Source of the DNA: Eledone cirrhosa
Lineage: Eukaryota
Direction: 5' to 3'
Assembly (NCBI GenBank): GCA_964016885.1
Contig: OZ024747.1
Location: 1,426,001 to 1,490,000, forward strand
DNA: 64,000 nucleotides
In this document: positions 60,651 to 64,000 of the stretch, in pieces
How positions within the stretch are numbered: the stretch's first letter is position 1
Layout: every line of letters begins with the position of its first letter
Notes under the pieces: model-generated
The model's input: only the letters and a program-made list of their open reading frames with translations
Told to the model about the DNA's origin: nothing
Databases searched by the model: none
Program-made: the position numbers and the translations under genes

Positions 60651-60829
60651 GTGTGTATGTATGTATGTATGTATGTGTGTGTGTATGTATGTATGTGTAT
60701 GTATGTATGTGTGTGTGTATGTATGTGTATGTGTATGTATGTGTGTGTGTATGTATGTATGTGTGTATGTATGTATGTGTGTGTGTGTATGTATGTATGT
60801 GTGTGTATGTATGTATGTGCGTGTATGTA

Positions 60830-60860
<31 letters not shown>

Positions 60861-61406
60861 GTGTGTATGTATGTGTGTGTGTGTGTGTGTATGTATGTGT
60901 GTGTGTGTATATGTATGTATGTGTGTGTGTATGCATGTATGTGTGTGTGTATGTATGTGTGTGTGTGTGTATGTATGTATGTGTGTGTGTATGCATGTAT
61001 GTGTGTGTGTATGTATGTATGTGTGTGTGTATGCATGTATATGTGTGTGTGTATGTATGTATGCATGTGTGTGTATGTATGTATGTGTGTGTGTAGTGTG
61101 AGTAACTTATCAGAGGTGTACAAAGGCCAAAATTAAACATATAATTCTACGAATTATTTTTCTTCCGGGAAGAAAAATAATTTTTCTTTCTGAGACAAAG
61201 TGTCAGTCGACACACCACATAACTACACACCTACACACATACACTCACACACATATATACACACACATTCACACTCACACCCACTCATATACACACACAT
61301 ACACTCATATACACTCACATACACGCATATGCACGCATATACACATACACACATTCACACACATCTCTCTGTCTGTCTCTCTCTCTCTCCCTCTCTCTCT
61401 CTCCCT

Positions 61407-61494
<88 letters not shown>

Positions 61495-61724
61495 TTATTC
61501 CTGAGAGGGTGGTGGAGGCAGAGTCCTGAAACACACCTTCCAGCAGGTCCAGTCAGAAGCTGGATCCCCAAGTGAGACCAGCCAAGCTCATAGATGTTAT
61601 CCAAGTGTCAGCTAACTGGCTGAGGCAATGCTGGAGCACCTACATTGTTGCAGCATTCTCTCTCTCTCTCTAGTCGTCCTTCCTTGGTTGACCTTTAATG
61701 CAGGGGGAAGATTGACGCTTTTGG

Positions 61725-61812
61725 CGTGCTGTGTGCTCACCTGGGATCTTAGCAGAATGTTGAGATGCTTCTTGAAAAGATCCACATCCAATTCCTGTAG
61801 ATCTTTGAGGAT
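61725..61812 (-). mobile_element. Decayed CR1-group LINE fragment
   Basis: Translates LKDLQELDVDLFKKHLNILL, homologous to [20 protein letters not shown] in the 28.7 kb copy. Confidence 0.6.
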
Positions 61813-62657
61813 TATTAACGTCTAATCCAAGAGAAGTTATTATTTGTCTGGGAGAGAACAGTAGCTTATAACTGTTTACAGTATACACAAACCGTGGTAG
61901 AACTAAATTGGTAATTTGTGTAACAGTGTAAAACCAGCTCTAGTTCTATGAAATAAAACCATCAATTTATATTACAAATACCATCTATGTAATGAAATAG
62001 CTAATAATTTTAGTAAATCAGTCCATATTTTTCATTAATTAATTCAGGTACATATCATATCATTAAAAATATGGTAATGAAAAGATTAATTAGAAGGGGT
62101 AAAAGTTGAAACTGTGCCGAGCCCTGAACTTAAAAGCATTTGTGGGACCTTTTAACCTTTCTATCATTCATATACATTATAATAGAAATATTGGATTGGC
62201 AGAATTGGTGGAGCGTCGAATAACATGTTTTATGGCATAAGGTTACGGCCCTTTACGATCTGAGTTCAAATTCTGCCGAAGACACACACACACGTTCTGT
62301 TATATACATCACATTTATTTTCTAAACACGCCTCTCAAAAGTAGGCGTGGTCTTAACTGACGATCGAAAAGTGTCTTGCAATTCTATTGGTCGAAACTTA
62401 CAATACGTCAGTTAATAGAGATTTTCAAAAGAAAACATACGGCTTTCATATATTTTATATATATATATACATACGTGTGTGTATGTGTGTGTGTGTAATT
62501 ATATATATATAGCTGTCGAAACGGCCCGTGCTCAGCCGTCGGGGTCCTGACTCTTTTCCTATATATATATATATATATATATAGTCATATATATATATAT
62601 GTGTGTATATATGTGTATATGCATATATATATATATATATAGTCATATATATATGTG

Positions 62658-62741
<84 letters not shown>

Positions 62742-62742
62742 T

Positions 62743-62797
<55 letters not shown>

Positions 62798-62977
62798 TAA
62801 TATATATATATATAATGTAGAAACATTGTATATAATAAAATTGTTTCTACTTTTGGCACAAGGCCAGCAATTACCCAGTGCATTACTGGTACTTTATTTT
62901 ATCGACCCCGTAAGAATGGCTAAACAGTGCAAAATGGACGGTAAAATGGAGGCCATGAAAGTTATATCACTTTCCAC

Positions 62978-63056
<79 letters not shown>

Positions 63057-63090
63057 ATATATATATAATAATATATGTATATATGTATAT

Positions 63091-63135
<45 letters not shown>

Positions 63136-63518
63136 AGTATATATATATATGAAAGATAGTTAGAGTCGTTAGAATGTTCAATTTGACTCGGCTTTCTGAT
63201 CTCGCTGTTCAAATCCCGCTGAAGTTAACTTTGCCTTTCATCCATTCAGGGTTGATAACAAAAAGCTACCAGTCGAATACTGAGGGCCAGTGTTCCTCTT
63301 TCTCTCACTCTGTCTCATTCTCTCTCTCCTTCTCTAGAAGAAATCTGCTGATAACCAGATCTGGAGAGATGGGCTCCACCAGGTTCTAATACGCCATAGT
63401 AATGCCATATATGATTTGCAAAGATTTTCAATTTATAGGAAAATATGGAAATTTCACATGTTTAACTGTCTATATACTCAATGTGAATATATACACAATG
63501 TATATATTTATATACTCA

Positions 63519-63611
<93 letters not shown>

Positions 63612-63630
63612 TTTAATTAAATATATATAA

Positions 63631-63678
<48 letters not shown>

Positions 63679-63817
63679 TTACATATATAAGAGGTAGATT
63701 CATACTCCATTAAATGGAGCGAGGTTAACTTTGCCTTTCATCCTTACGGGGTCGATAAAATAAAGTACCAGTAATACACTGAATAATTGGTGGCCTTGTG
63801 CCAAAAGTAGAAACAAT

Positions 63818-63908
<91 letters not shown>

Positions 63909-63940
63909 ATATATATATTATATATATATATATATATATA

Positions 63941-63985
<45 letters not shown>

Positions 63986-64000
63986 ATAATATATATATAT

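Noticed and set aside
62351-62415. CUGACGA...GAAAC...GUC hammerhead-like string
   Set aside because: Stem I does not pair after GUC and stem III is unsupported; it is just a TTAACTGACG/CGTCAGTTAA inverted repeat.

Overview
Extremely (TA)n/(CA)n-rich animal genomic DNA; the SINE/LINE types suggest a coleoid cephalopod such as an octopod (inference). One host gene is supported: an Hhex/Prh homeobox gene on the minus strand. Coding exon 1 (52583-51185) carries the eh1 motif and huge homopolymer runs. It is joined in phase 1 across a ~45 kb intron to the homeodomain exon (6011-5824); the remaining exons appear to lie left of the window. Nearly all other ORFs in the track are microsatellite artefacts. 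The repeat content includes tRNA-derived SINEs, RTE- and CR1-type LINE fragments, MITEs, Helitron-like elements and minisatellites. The main hidden signal is a set of roughly ten sequence-distinct families of 150-600 bp non-coding elements inserted in (TA)n tracts, each with a hand-foldable minimal type I hammerhead ribozyme or a recognisable part of one (stem I-CUGANGA-stem II-GAAA-palindromic stem III-UH-stem I). Most occur as head-to-head palindromes whose arms both end in (TA)n. This resembles Penelope-like element pseudo-LTRs or retrozymes and suggests twin priming at TA targets. Also notable: 16 tandem copies of the Hhex exon 2 splice donor, core-variant hammerheads (U3-A8, U4C), a palindromic element with two tRNA-like arms, and an intronic cluster of nuclear-receptor half-sites. 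All RNA folds were done by eye, not computed.
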